Positions 15,333-26,734 of a stretch of 64,000 nt of DNA are shown here, one piece after another. The notes beneath the pieces were generated by a model, which ran no database searches, was not told where the DNA came from, and saw only the letters and a list, made by a program, of their open reading frames with translations. The stretch's first letter is position 1. Each line of letters begins with the position of its first letter. The translations under genes and the position numbers were made by a program. Location of the stretch: assembly GCF_009914755.1 (NCBI RefSeq), contig NC_060931.1. One strand, given 5' to 3'. Source of the DNA: the human T2T-CHM13v2.0 reference genome, Homo sapiens.

Positions 15333-16338
15333 CTGTAACTCATGCCATCCTCTGTTTTCTCATCTGTATAATGGAATTCCTAACGTCTACCCTGCATTCT
15401 TGTGAGGATTAAACAAGAACATATCAATGAAGTAAGTGCCAAATGAAGGCAGGCGATTGTTATTATTAACCCAGATGTTTCATGTAGAGAGGAATGGGGT
15501 ATTGGCCAGGAGCCTATTTCTTTGAAAATCTACCAGCCCAAGTCCAATAAACTCAGTTTATTCACTATGATGAAAGACAGGCTCTTTTATCCTGGTTTTT
15601 CCCACTGAGATGGGAGAGTAAGCTGCAATTCTTATGTGCTTTAGAGTGTAATGCTTTATTAATGATGCTGCTGGTTGCTCTAAAGATTTTAATTAATTGT
15701 ATATTTTATTGTCTTGTTTCTCCAAAGCTTTATAAGCAAAGTGCTCCATTTTAAAAACTAATAAATTATGAAAGACATTGCCAAGATCCTGATTCATATT
15801 AGAGTCAGGAGAGCCTGCCCTGCTTCCATCAGTAGCAGCAACACATGTGACCTACAGCTAAAACTTCTGTTTTTCTATGTATTACCATCAATAAAGAGGG
15901 AAATTCATTAAAATAAAAAATATTGGTACAAGCATTCTTGCTAAACCATAGATTATGTCACACAGAATGTTAAAAATAAATCTGTCTCCCATCACAACAT
16001 ATGAAGTGATGTACTGTTTGAAACATACAGTGCATCTGTCTGCTTGTCTCTCTTCCCTCTATGACTCCACCCCCACTTCTCCACTACTAGTCATAGTAAA
16101 ATTTCTCTACTAATTCCTGGCCTTCCATAGTACAAATATAATAATAATATTTTCAAATTGTCAACAACTTTTATTTCCAATTCTATTCTGGCAAAACAGG
16201 GTTAAAAAAAGTACTGTGCATGAAAAGATGCTGGAGATCTTAAGACTCCAAGTATTTTATAAATATAAAGCACTTTAGCATTTTTAGAAAAATAACCCCA
16301 GAAGCAAAAATTCTAACAAAAACTACATTTTTGTTAGA

Positions 16339-16702
16339 ATATATATATTCATATATCTAGATGTATGAATATATATTCATATATTTATATATATTCATAT
16401 ATATTCATATATTCATATATATTCATATATACATATATTCATATATATTCATTCAATATATATTCATATATATTCATTCAATATATATTCATATATATTC
16501 ATTCTATATTCATATATATTCATTCAATATATATTCATATATATTCATTCTATATTCATATATATTCATTCAATATATATTCATATATATTCATTCAATA
16601 TATATTCATATATATTCATTCAATATATATTCATATATATTCATTCAATATATATTCATATATATTCATTCAATATATATTCATATATATTCATATATAT
16701 AT
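16339..16702. repeat. AT-rich minisatellite, unit ~TATATATTCATTCAATATATATTCA (25 bp, built from TATATATTCA)
   Basis: Directly visible tandem array. It generates the Y/I/F/S ORFs at 16361 and 16365. Confidence 0.95.
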
Positions 16703-17085
16703 GAAGTGGCATTAATCTTAGATGCATATGGTACAAAAGTACTTAGATATAGAAAAAATATTAAAGTTTCTTGGTTTAAGAGCCAAACGAACTATTTTAA
16801 GTCATATAATGTTTATAAAAGATTGCCTTGATAATCTAATTTTCAAATTGGATAGAAGACAGGACAGATTCAAATGCTGCCACTCACACAAAAAAATTAA
16901 GGTCTCTATCAGGGCACCATGAAAACATGACCCCCAAATCCCCAACGCCCCCCAGAAAAAAATCACAGCAGACATGTTCGCAGACTAAAGTTTACTATTG
17001 AACTTGCTTTTCCCAATTAAAAAAGAAAAATCCAGCTATTTTTTAGTGATGAAAAGAAACTAAAAACAAAGTAAAACCAGACCTG

Positions 17086-17416
17086 TGCCAGGCACGGTGG
17101 CTCACGCCTGTAATCCTAGCACTTTGGGAGGCCAAGGCCAGCAGATTGCCTGAGCTCAGGAGTTCAAGACCAGCCTGGGCAACATGGTGAAACCCCGTCT
17201 CTACTAAAATACAAAAAAAAAAAAGAAAAAAAATTAGCCAGGCATGGTGGCATGCACCTGTAGTCCCAGCTACTATGGAGGCTGTAGGTGGGAGAATTGC
17301 TTGAACCCAGGAGGCAGAGGTTGCAGTGAGCAGAGATCGTGCCACTCCAGCCTGGTGACAGAACAAGACTCCATCTCCAAAAAAAAAAAAAAAAAAGAAA
17401 AGAAAAAATAGAAAAA
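17086..17416 (+). mobile_element. Alu (S-type) with expanded middle A-linker
   Basis: Full dimer with long A tracts. Confidence 0.92.
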
Positions 17417-20400
17417 CAGATTTCAATTCCACAGGCCACTCTTCTGCCTGTTACATTTGCCAGGAAAAGCATTCCAGAAAAAGTGCTTAACACCTAGTTT
17501 TAAAAATCTGGCATGGCAGCTTCAACTAATCCAGAATCTGGTCATCAAAGTATGTCTTGTTTAGGATACAAGTCATATATATTAATTTATTGTATGTTAA
17601 TCTATTGTATATTACAATTTATTATATATAATTTATTTAAAATTAAAAAGTATACTTATATAATTATATATATAATATATACATATATATAGTATATTAT
17701 GTATAAATGGAAAAGGAGAAATAATCCCAAACTCAACTGTTCAACACTGTAGTTTTGAACAGCTCTGAATTACTTGGCGCAAGCGTGGGGAGGGCATTCT
17801 TCAGGATTTTTTCTCATACAGGCTGAGAAAGAGAGAAAGAGACAGAATAGACAAAACAGACCCTGGCTGAGTAAACTCATCTTAAATTTCCAGAATTGAA
17901 CACAGGCCAATACCAAGTTTCCCCCTCCCCAAATCTAAAACACTAGGTTTATGTGGGGAATTCAATAGATACAGCTAAATATTAACAGAAAAGTCTTACC
18001 CATACCCTTTTAGAATTAGTGGAACCAACCAACAGTGATTGATTATCAGAATGCCTTCAGGAGACATTATGAGCCACAATGGCAGAGACACCCCTCAGAT
18101 CTTTCCTCAAACACATCCGTCGTATCAGGGCTGCTGGGGGATATGTTGGTGACCAAACACAAACTCAGGCACTTTCTCTGGCTCTTCCCACCAACACCAA
18201 GAGCCTCTCTTCCAATTTAAAATCCAGCAGGTTGTGCCTATTTTCCATCAGTAAGCTTTACACAGGAGAAAGCAGGCAGACTGGAAGGTGGGGTGATGAG
18301 CAATGTGGCTAGGGAAGAATCAGCAAAGTAGGGCAAATCATTTCATCTGTTTGAATCTCAGGTTTTCCATCAGTAAAAATAAGGATGCTGGAGTAAGTGA
18401 TCTCTTAAATCTCCTCCATCCCCTAAATGTCCTGATTTCATGTACCATCAGGGTAACTGGATTACTGGACTGAGGAAATTCATTTAGGTCATTTCCTGAG
18501 CCTAAAAGCCTTTGTGAGGTACTTGAGGAAAACTGATTTTGCCTCTTTGCTCAGAAGTTAGAGAAATGTATTTTCCTCCCAGTTTAATAGTGCATGCCAA
18601 TAATAATGCATTTAGAACTTTCTATGTAAGCAAGATTTATGCTTTGGGGATGAATAAGGGCTATCAAAAAGGAAAAGCAATGAAATCAACTTGAAAGTTC
18701 ACCATCACAATGCAAAGGCTGTATCACTGACATGCAAAATATTAAATTCACCTCTCTAGGTACATAAGAACATGCACTATATTAAGAATTCAGCTAATTG
18801 TAAGGGTTTTCATGAAGAAAAGTACATACTTCTCAAGATCTCAAAGTATTTTCAAATCTCTGAAGTTACTTCTTGCCTTGAGATTATCTTCCCGATTTCT
18901 CTCTCTACAAGGAGGAAAGAATTTTTGTGATGGGGTTGCATACCTCTGATGCTGCTCTTCCTAATCCTCCATTCTCCTCTGATTCATCTGGGTACTATCT
19001 TTCTTCAGCACATAGCTCAAACCCACTTTTGAATGTCTTTCCAGACTCCAGAAATCTCTTGTTCTCGCCATTCAGTCTTAAAATCTGCTCTATTACTTCA
19101 CTTGGCAGTTAATCATGTCCGGCCTTGTGCATTTCCTCATAGTAAACTTATTATCTCTATTAACTCTATTTTCTCACTCCTACTAGATGTGTCAGGACAG
19201 TAAGAACATTACTTCTTCACTTATTTTATCCAACATGCTCCCCCTGCCCCCACCCCACCATATACACTTTGGGTATAAAATGTCTACTGCACACAGTATG
19301 AAAACAGAAAGTGTGCAAAGGATGTCTCAGGTACATCCATCTTACTAAGATACAATGTTTCAGCCCACTCTAGGGGGAACTAAGTAACTGTATTAGATGA
19401 TTCTCTCAGTGTTTCAAAAATCATTTAGAGTAACCTAAACTAGGGAAGCTGCTTGATGTTCCACTTTAAAACAACATATAGTACGAGAACATGAGATCTA
19501 TTTGGTGTCAGCTCTCCAAGGTCATGCACCTCAAATCAACCACACTGTCTGGGGTCTTTGATGCAAGACAAGAAACTCAGTGTATTGAAAGGAGGTAATA
19601 CTGACAAGGAAACAATGTCAGGAAGGAAACCTGGTAATGGATGTAACTAATTTTAGCTGAGAAAGCTGGAAAGAATGGCAGAAAAGTGGCTCAGGGGTGA
19701 CAGCCTCTGATAATTAAGCTCAGCTACCTCCCTTTTCCTCCTTTCAGATCTCCCCGCAGTCTCTATTTCCTCCTTAGGGAAAAAAAGGACTACATCTCAA
19801 ATAAAACAAACATCTATTTTCACCCTAACTCAGTTTTTCGATGTGACATCAGCCCGACATGGGACATGGATCAGCTCCACAGGCAAGCAGACATTCAAAT
19901 GTAATAACCATCCTTTAAGAAGCTTACAATGCATTAAAGAATAGTCTTGATTATCTGTAGGTGGCAAATATCTGCACGCTGATTTTCAAATGAAAAGGCT
20001 GGGCCAGATGAAGACGCAGGCCTTTGGAACCATCTTGTCTTTTCAATGAAATATAAAAATGTCAAAACCAAATCATCTGCAAACAAGTACTCACTCTACA
20101 CAGCAATGTTACCTCGACTACTCTACATTTACTATAACCTTTTAAACTGATCCCCAACGTATTAGTTGGTTACTAACAATTTATTTAAAGAGAGTATCTC
20201 CCCCTACTCTAAAATCAGGATTTCTATATGGAAGGCATCATGCTGTACACGGCATTAATAATATGATCTCATTATTTGTGTAAGTTATTTAAAACATTAA
20301 AATTTTAAAAATCTTTCAATATCGATGTCATCATCATCGTCTCTCGTACCTGTCCTCTGATTCCTTACCTAACTACCAACAGAAAAGACAAATCTTTTTC

Positions 20401-23400
20401 CATGTTACATAAGCTTTGCAAAGGAGCACCAACAGAGAATAATGTAATCGAGTATGTTCAAATAAAGTATCCTTCTAAAGCAATACTCAGACAGGCCTGG
20501 GTAGCAAAGTAAATGAAGTTGGGGGATACTGCTCCATCCTTCCTAGGCACATTCAAAGTTGAAATTCCAGTCCCACATTTCTGTGAAATTGCAGACTATT
20601 CTAAAGCCTTGCCTAAACTCCTTTTTTCCTGCCCATTCTTTCCTTTTATTCCCCTTTCCTGTTTCCAAACTTCCCCACATTTCTCTTAACCCCCTATCAA
20701 TCATCCTCTCCTCCACACCCCAATGGGTGATGTGGCCTTGACTCTTATTATTGGAAGGATGCAGGATGGTAGAGGTGCAGCCTCAATCATCATTTTGAAA
20801 AGCGAGAATCTAAAGAGAAAACTAATAGTGTTGGAAATTAAACTTTTAAAAAACCCCTGCAAAGAATCTAAGAAGTCATTGAGAAAAGCAGCTTGGAAAG
20901 CGGCAGTATTAAGATGAAAATTTTAAAAGAATTAGGGTTATCTTTTTGGATCAAGATCTATAATATCTATAACATTAATTATTACAAGTCACAGGCCAAT
21001 AATTTCACTATAAGATAGCTGGTAACACACAAAGTGAGTTTTCTAATTAGCCAATCAACATTAAATTTTATGACACAGCTTCTTGGTGAGCTTCTTTTCA
21101 TTTTCTTCATTCAGTAAATATTTGTGGAACACTTACCATGTGCCTGGCATTGTGCTAACCACCTTTGCTTTCTTTTACAAACTTCACACAACTCTCCTCG
21201 GAGGAGGAGGCTGCTTTCTCCCAGCCACAGCCTTCCTGTCCACATGATCAACAGCAGATATTTGTAAATGTCTAAGTACCAAGGCTGTGAAACATTTTCT
21301 CACCTCATAAAGTTATGAGAAACACACAAGGATAGAACCAACTGGTAATCTAGCCCAGGCATGGATTCAATCACTGAGAGGACAAATGTTCTCTAAACAA
21401 AATTGCTGCTGTGAGAAATACAATAACAATGACAGCAACGACAATAATAATAAAGTTCAAAAACTGGGGCAAACAGAAATCTACAACCTATTATTTAAGA
21501 AGAAAAAAAAAAGAGTGAAAAGCAGGACACTGAAAACAGTTATATTCTCATCTTTGGAAAAATATTCCAGTCAATTTCCTCAACTTCCAAGCTATTTTTC
21601 TGAACCATATAGCTGAGACCAGAATGGGAACCTCTATGCTCATCACTGAAAACCCTTCGCATATGGCTCCCTAGGATATGACCACATTTGCACACTCCTT
21701 CTTGCAGTGCCGGTCCAAATCCTCCTTCAGTCTCAAGGACTACTTCAAATGTCATCCTTCTATGGAAGTTTCTAGATCCATCCACTAGGGACCCTCTCTA
21801 TGACTGTTCCTCTCCAAACTTCTAATGCAAAATCATTTTTGCCTCTCATGACACCATCATCCCCAATTTGATTCCTTGGCGTATGTCAGTTTCTATCACT
21901 GGAATGTATTACTTTAGGGTAGCAAAGATCATACTCATGATGCCTGTATCTCAGTAAGTGTTCAGTAATGTGTGTTAAATCTACGTTATTTCCTATTTAA
22001 AAATTAAGCTGCAACACTTTCAACATTCTATAGCTGCCACGTAACTATAATTTAGTTTAAAAAAACGCTTAGCGCAATTGGCTACGAAAGTTCTTTTCAG
22101 TGCATTTACATTCAATACTGTCACCTGGAAAACAAAAATTTCAAGTTCAGCTGTTAATTTGTTTAACATCACTGTCGTGCATTTTAAATCATTGTCCAAG
22201 TTTTTCTTTGTCACTGCCACCATGACAACAAATTTTATACCTACTTCTTGTCTATTAGCTGCTCCAGAAAAGCTCAGAATGACAAGAATGTTGGTTGGCT
22301 TCCCAAATATAGCTCTAAAAAGATCTCCATTTTCCTTTCATTCCAAAATTCTTTGGTGACAATAAAAAGCATGAAGATTTCGTTTTCCATACTGCCTTAT
22401 CCATTAGGAGTTATTTTCAGAGTGGAAACAGCAATATGGCCTATAAAAGTCATCACATTTGGCTAAGGCACTGAAAATAGCCCAGGTTTCCCGGCACGGT
22501 TCACGGCAAAGACTATTAATATGATCCTATTGAATAATGTAGCTGTTACCCAGCCTTAAACTTGGGATGCTTTCAGGATTTAAACAGCTAAGAATGAGGA
22601 TCACAAACTAAATTTAAAACATTCCACTAAAAATGATATTAAACTGAAAACTATAAATTAAGCTTGTTTCTAAGCAACAATCTAAATAGTCAAAGCTTAG
22701 TGAAAACACTCACTTTCAAAAATAGCCTACTGCTTTAGAGCTTCCATTGACTCCTTACTGCCAAATGTATACATAAAAATGCACGATATGTAAACCAATT
22801 TGAAAGTCAACAAATCTCCAAAATGCAAAGTGAATTGTTCACTAAAATAAAAAATATCAGTCAACAAGAACCCAAAATGCATAAAACGCCTCTGATTTTT
22901 AAGGAGCAATTGTGATGACACATATCACTCCTCTACACTAGCTTTCCTTTCACTTAAAAATCAGTCTATAGGTCAAGCGGCTGATATGAGAGAACCATGC
23001 CTTATTAAGTCAAAACTATTTGGAGAACTAAAATAAAAGGCCCAATTTACTACAAAAGCCATCATCAAAATTTTACTAAAAATTCAGAAATTATTACTGG
23101 TTTTTAAACTACTAGATGAAGAATCCTTATTGCATCTCGCAACCCTAAAGGATTCTATGGAAATAGCAAAGAAGGTTCACTTTCGCAGATTTTCCATGGC
23201 TCTGCCCATTAACAAGGGTGAAATTATCAAATCCCCAACTATCAGCAGTGAAAATCAGACTTGAACATTTTAAACAGAAGAGAGGGAACACTGACCTTGT
23301 TAACACAGAAATCTGCCTGGCGTCCTGGGTTTTGTTTACGATCTAACCAAACAAAACTATATATCAGCTCTACAGACCATCAGTCAGATGTTTGTGTTTG

Positions 23401-23498
23401 GGTTAATTGTCAGGTGATTAAAATATTGAGGGTAACAGAAACCCATTCTGAGTGGATTAAGTAAACAAATTCAACCTTTCTGGGGAACAAGAAACACA

Positions 23499-23546
23499 CC
23501 ACACACACACACACACACACACCCTCTTTCTTTTTCGTCCTTCCCC

Positions 23547-23594
<48 letters not shown>

Positions 23595-23620
23595 CTTTCT
23601 TTTTCCTCGTCCTTCCCCTT
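23499..23620. repeat. Compound (CA)n microsatellite: two CA tracts, each followed by CCCTCTTTCTTTTTC(CTC)GTCCTTCCCCTT
   Basis: Directly visible. Confidence 0.95.
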
Positions 23621-24429
23621 CCCACCTTTTGGGGATGAAGGCACCAAATCATTTCCACTTGCCAGAGAGCCTTGTCTCAATAGCTAGTTTCCTTACTGTG
23701 CCCCACAGAGGGGAGCTGATTCACATAAGTGGGCAGGTTTCGTTTGAAATCTTAAAGTTCTCATTTTCTATGCAAAGAATGGAAACTCAATTTTCCCAAA
23801 AGTTCAAATCAAAACTTGCCAGTTTTACAAGTGGAAATTAGCAGTCCTCCTCCCCGTTTCTCCTTCCATTGCCAGGCTCAGCTCCTCTCACCCCAAGTAC
23901 CTTCCTCCACATCTCTCCTCTCCCTCTCCAGAAAGCCCTACCTCCAGAGGGTGGGAGGAAGTTAAAGCGGCCCCCGCTGTTTACGCCCGGCCCTGCCCTC
24001 TCCTGCACTGATTCTGCTCAGGTCTTGATAGGAAGAGGGGGGCGTCCACGCCCCGCTCGCTCCATCCCACCCCATCCTTCGGCGGGAGCAGCCAGATCTG
24101 GCCAAGAGTGGGAGGCGCTCCCAGATCTGCCTTTCTCTGCAGCTCCTTGCAGCTCCTGCGAAGCTGCTTCCCAAACACCGAGAACCTTTTCCACCCAGGA
24201 AATGTGGGTCCAGCCCTTCCCCAAAGTAGAGGCTGGAAACCACCAGCGAGTCTCTACACCGGGATATTAAGGGGGTGAAAGTAAGGACCAGTCAAGAATG
24301 GTAGCGCATTCGGCTTCTAGACTCCAGAGAAGGAGAACAATGTCTTGAAACCAGGTGCAGAACCTCCACCTCTCCTGAGCATCGTCTCGGGAAGAACCAA
24401 TCCATCCACCCCACCCCAATCACTACCAC

Positions 24430-25530
24430 CAAGTAATGGGGCAGCAGGCTGCTAGGACCTAAAGCGCTGGCCTCAGCGGCAGCAGCGCCCACATCTGGAC
24501 ACGGCCCTCTCCCAGTGGGCCTCCCGAAGGCACAGGACCAGATGCACACAATGGGCATCCCCACACCTGCTGGGCGATGGCCCACCTCCCCCAGGCTGCT
24601 CTCCCGGGTCCGCTGAGCGGTACCAGGCACCCCCGAGACACGCGCTTGCAACCACGCGCGCAGCGAGAGGTGAACAATGGGGGGTCAAATTCGCCAGGAA
24701 ACACGTCCCAGCCTTCTCCCCCGGCCAGAAGCGACCGCAGCGGAGGGAGTGGGCATAGGGGTCGCACTGGACGCAGACAGGGAGCTGGGAGAACCGGGCG
24801 ACCCGGGGCCGCTTCCCGTGGGGCGCGGAAGGGACAGGAGGGATCCCCAGCCAGGGTGGCCACTCCGCTCCCCCCCGCGGCCTCCGCCGTGTGGGCATCC
24901 CGAGGAAGGGGGGCCCCGATGAAGGGGCACCGGAGAGTCCCGGGCTTACGGAACGCCCCGGGGGTGCGAAGTCGGGTCCGGCTGGGACCCCGGCGCCGCC
25001 CCCGGCCCGCGTCTACACTAGCCCCGCGCCCGCCCCGGGAACTCGGTTACCGCCGCCTCCGCCGCGGCCCCCGCCGCGTCCTCCGGGGCCCGGGACAAGT
25101 CGGGCTCGCAGCTCGCGCCGTCCGTCGCCATCTTCCTGCTCTAGCGGATCCGAATGCGAGCTCGGAGCCGCGGCTCCGGACTCAGCCGTCTCCGCGCGGG
25201 CGGCACTTAACCCGCTGCTGTCCGGGACGCGGGCGCCTGGAGCCGGGAGCCGGGAGCCGCGGCACTCCCTCCGCCCCTCGCCACCGCCCTCGCCGCTTAA
25301 CCCGCTGCGCGCCGGAGCGCCCCGCGTCGGTCCCGCCCCGCGCCCCGCGTCCCGCGCCCGGTGGCGCCAGCCGCGGGCTCGTGGAGGTGCGAGAAATGGG
25401 CGCACGACCTGGCTCCGCTGCGGCCCTGCGCGGGGACTGGGGATCAAAGACCACGGAAGAGGTGAAGGCAGAAAGCGCCCGAGGAGCGTTGCATGCCGCA
25501 GAACCCCAACCAAGCCGGAGAAATCCGTGC
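24430..25530. promoter_or_regulatory. CTTNBP2: CpG island / CTTNBP2 promoter and 5'UTR (TSS probably ~25200-25320 on the minus strand)
   Basis: Very high GC and CpG density against an AT-rich background. Several GC boxes (CCGCCCC at ~25271 and ~25333) lie upstream of the ATG. The exact TSS cannot be read from the sequence. Confidence 0.9.
25051..25131 (-). CDS. CTTNBP2: CTTNBP2 coding exon 1 (81 nt, aa 1-27 [27 protein letters not shown])
   Basis: CAT at 25129-25131 is an ATG on the minus strand in a strong Kozak context (AAG-ATG-G). The donor GCG|GTAACC is at 25050, phase 0. The peptide matches the recalled CTTNBP2 N-terminus, and the exon lies in the CpG island. Confidence 0.96.
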
Positions 25531-26698
25531 ACAGACCAGATTAAATGTCAGGCCTCCTGAATCTGAATTCTCTGAAAGATCAGGGAAAATCCTACACTTC
25601 AGCTCCCTCTATCCCACCGCGAGGAATCACACAGGGCACCCCTTTCTTCTTAAATTGCTCTTTCTTAAATTTCATTGCCGCCAGGGTGTTTTTATCCTCC
25701 CTATATATATACACACCTGGCTCTGATTTATTCTATCGTTGACTCTAGTGTTTCTCCAAAAACAATTCTCAGATGAAAACGATTTGTCTGTCCTGTTTTC
25801 TTTTAGAACGTGGCACCAGCCCCTCAGCTCCTAACTTTCTATACAATCTCCTTTTCAGGGAATGTGTAGCGGGCTGTTTTATATTCTGTGACCCCCCTAA
25901 GTCTGAGATCTCTCCTGAAGGACTAACTGAGAAGTGTTAAATGTCATAGCTTTAAAAGCTAAATGTCATGTCCTCTACTTTTGAGAGAATTTAAAAAAAT
26001 TACTCCCTACGTGTGAGGACACGTGTACATATACACCAAAAACAATCAAACAAAAGCCGTATTTGTAAAAATAGATTTTATGGGAATTACACGTCTCAGA
26101 AGATTTTTCATGAGATGAGTGAATTAGGCCCAAACGCTTAATCTTCCCTTTCCACATCTAATTCAGTTCCTACCCTTTGCTGCCAATTTCCAGAATGTGA
26201 AAATCTATCACCTCACCAAGACCATATGGTACAGCCCTTCCCAAATCACCAGATCCCTAAAAATGTGTCGAATGCATAAAATCAAATTGAGACATTCAAG
26301 CTGTGTCTCAAAGACGTAAAATCAAACCACAACCAAATCTTGCACTTGAAATTTTGGAAGATGAATGACTAGAATGTTCAGTCCAAGGGTTACAGATCAA
26401 AGCTTTTTTTTTTTTTTTTTCCTTTTTTTTTTCTTTCTTTCTTTCTTCTTTTTTTAATGGCAGGCTCCTAATGAAAGGTTTTGACTCTTTAATTGCTCCA
26501 CTTGCCAAATTAGACCCAAATATGACACAAACCAGGGCAGAGAAAATCTTTTCTGCAAAGACCCTGAAAGGGATTGATTAATAAACTGTGAAAAGTTCCC
26601 TCCCAGAAGAGAGGTCAAGAAAGAACTTTACCTAGAACTCTGGGGCTAAAAGTCAGAGGCTTAGAAATCATCTCCAGGTTATCCTGTGAGTACAGGTA

Positions 26699-26699
26699 C

Positions 26700-26733
<34 letters not shown>
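26699..26733. repeat. (TTTA)n microsatellite
   Basis: Directly visible. Confidence 0.9.

Positions 26734-26734
<1 letters not shown>

Larger units (their letters stand above)
13024..25050 (-). other. CTTNBP2: CTTNBP2 intron 1 (12,027 bp, GT-AG)
   Basis: Bounded by the canonical donor and acceptor of exons 1 and 2. Confidence 0.92.

Noticed and set aside
16361-16831. Y/I/F/H-rich ORFs of 156 and 116 aa
   Set aside because: Translations of the AT-rich minisatellite.
24577-25560. 327-aa + strand ORF and overlapping 130-217-aa ORFs across the CpG island
   Set aside because: Stop-codon scarcity in very GC-rich DNA opens several frames on both strands. The peptides are R/P/G/A low-complexity with no recognisable domain.
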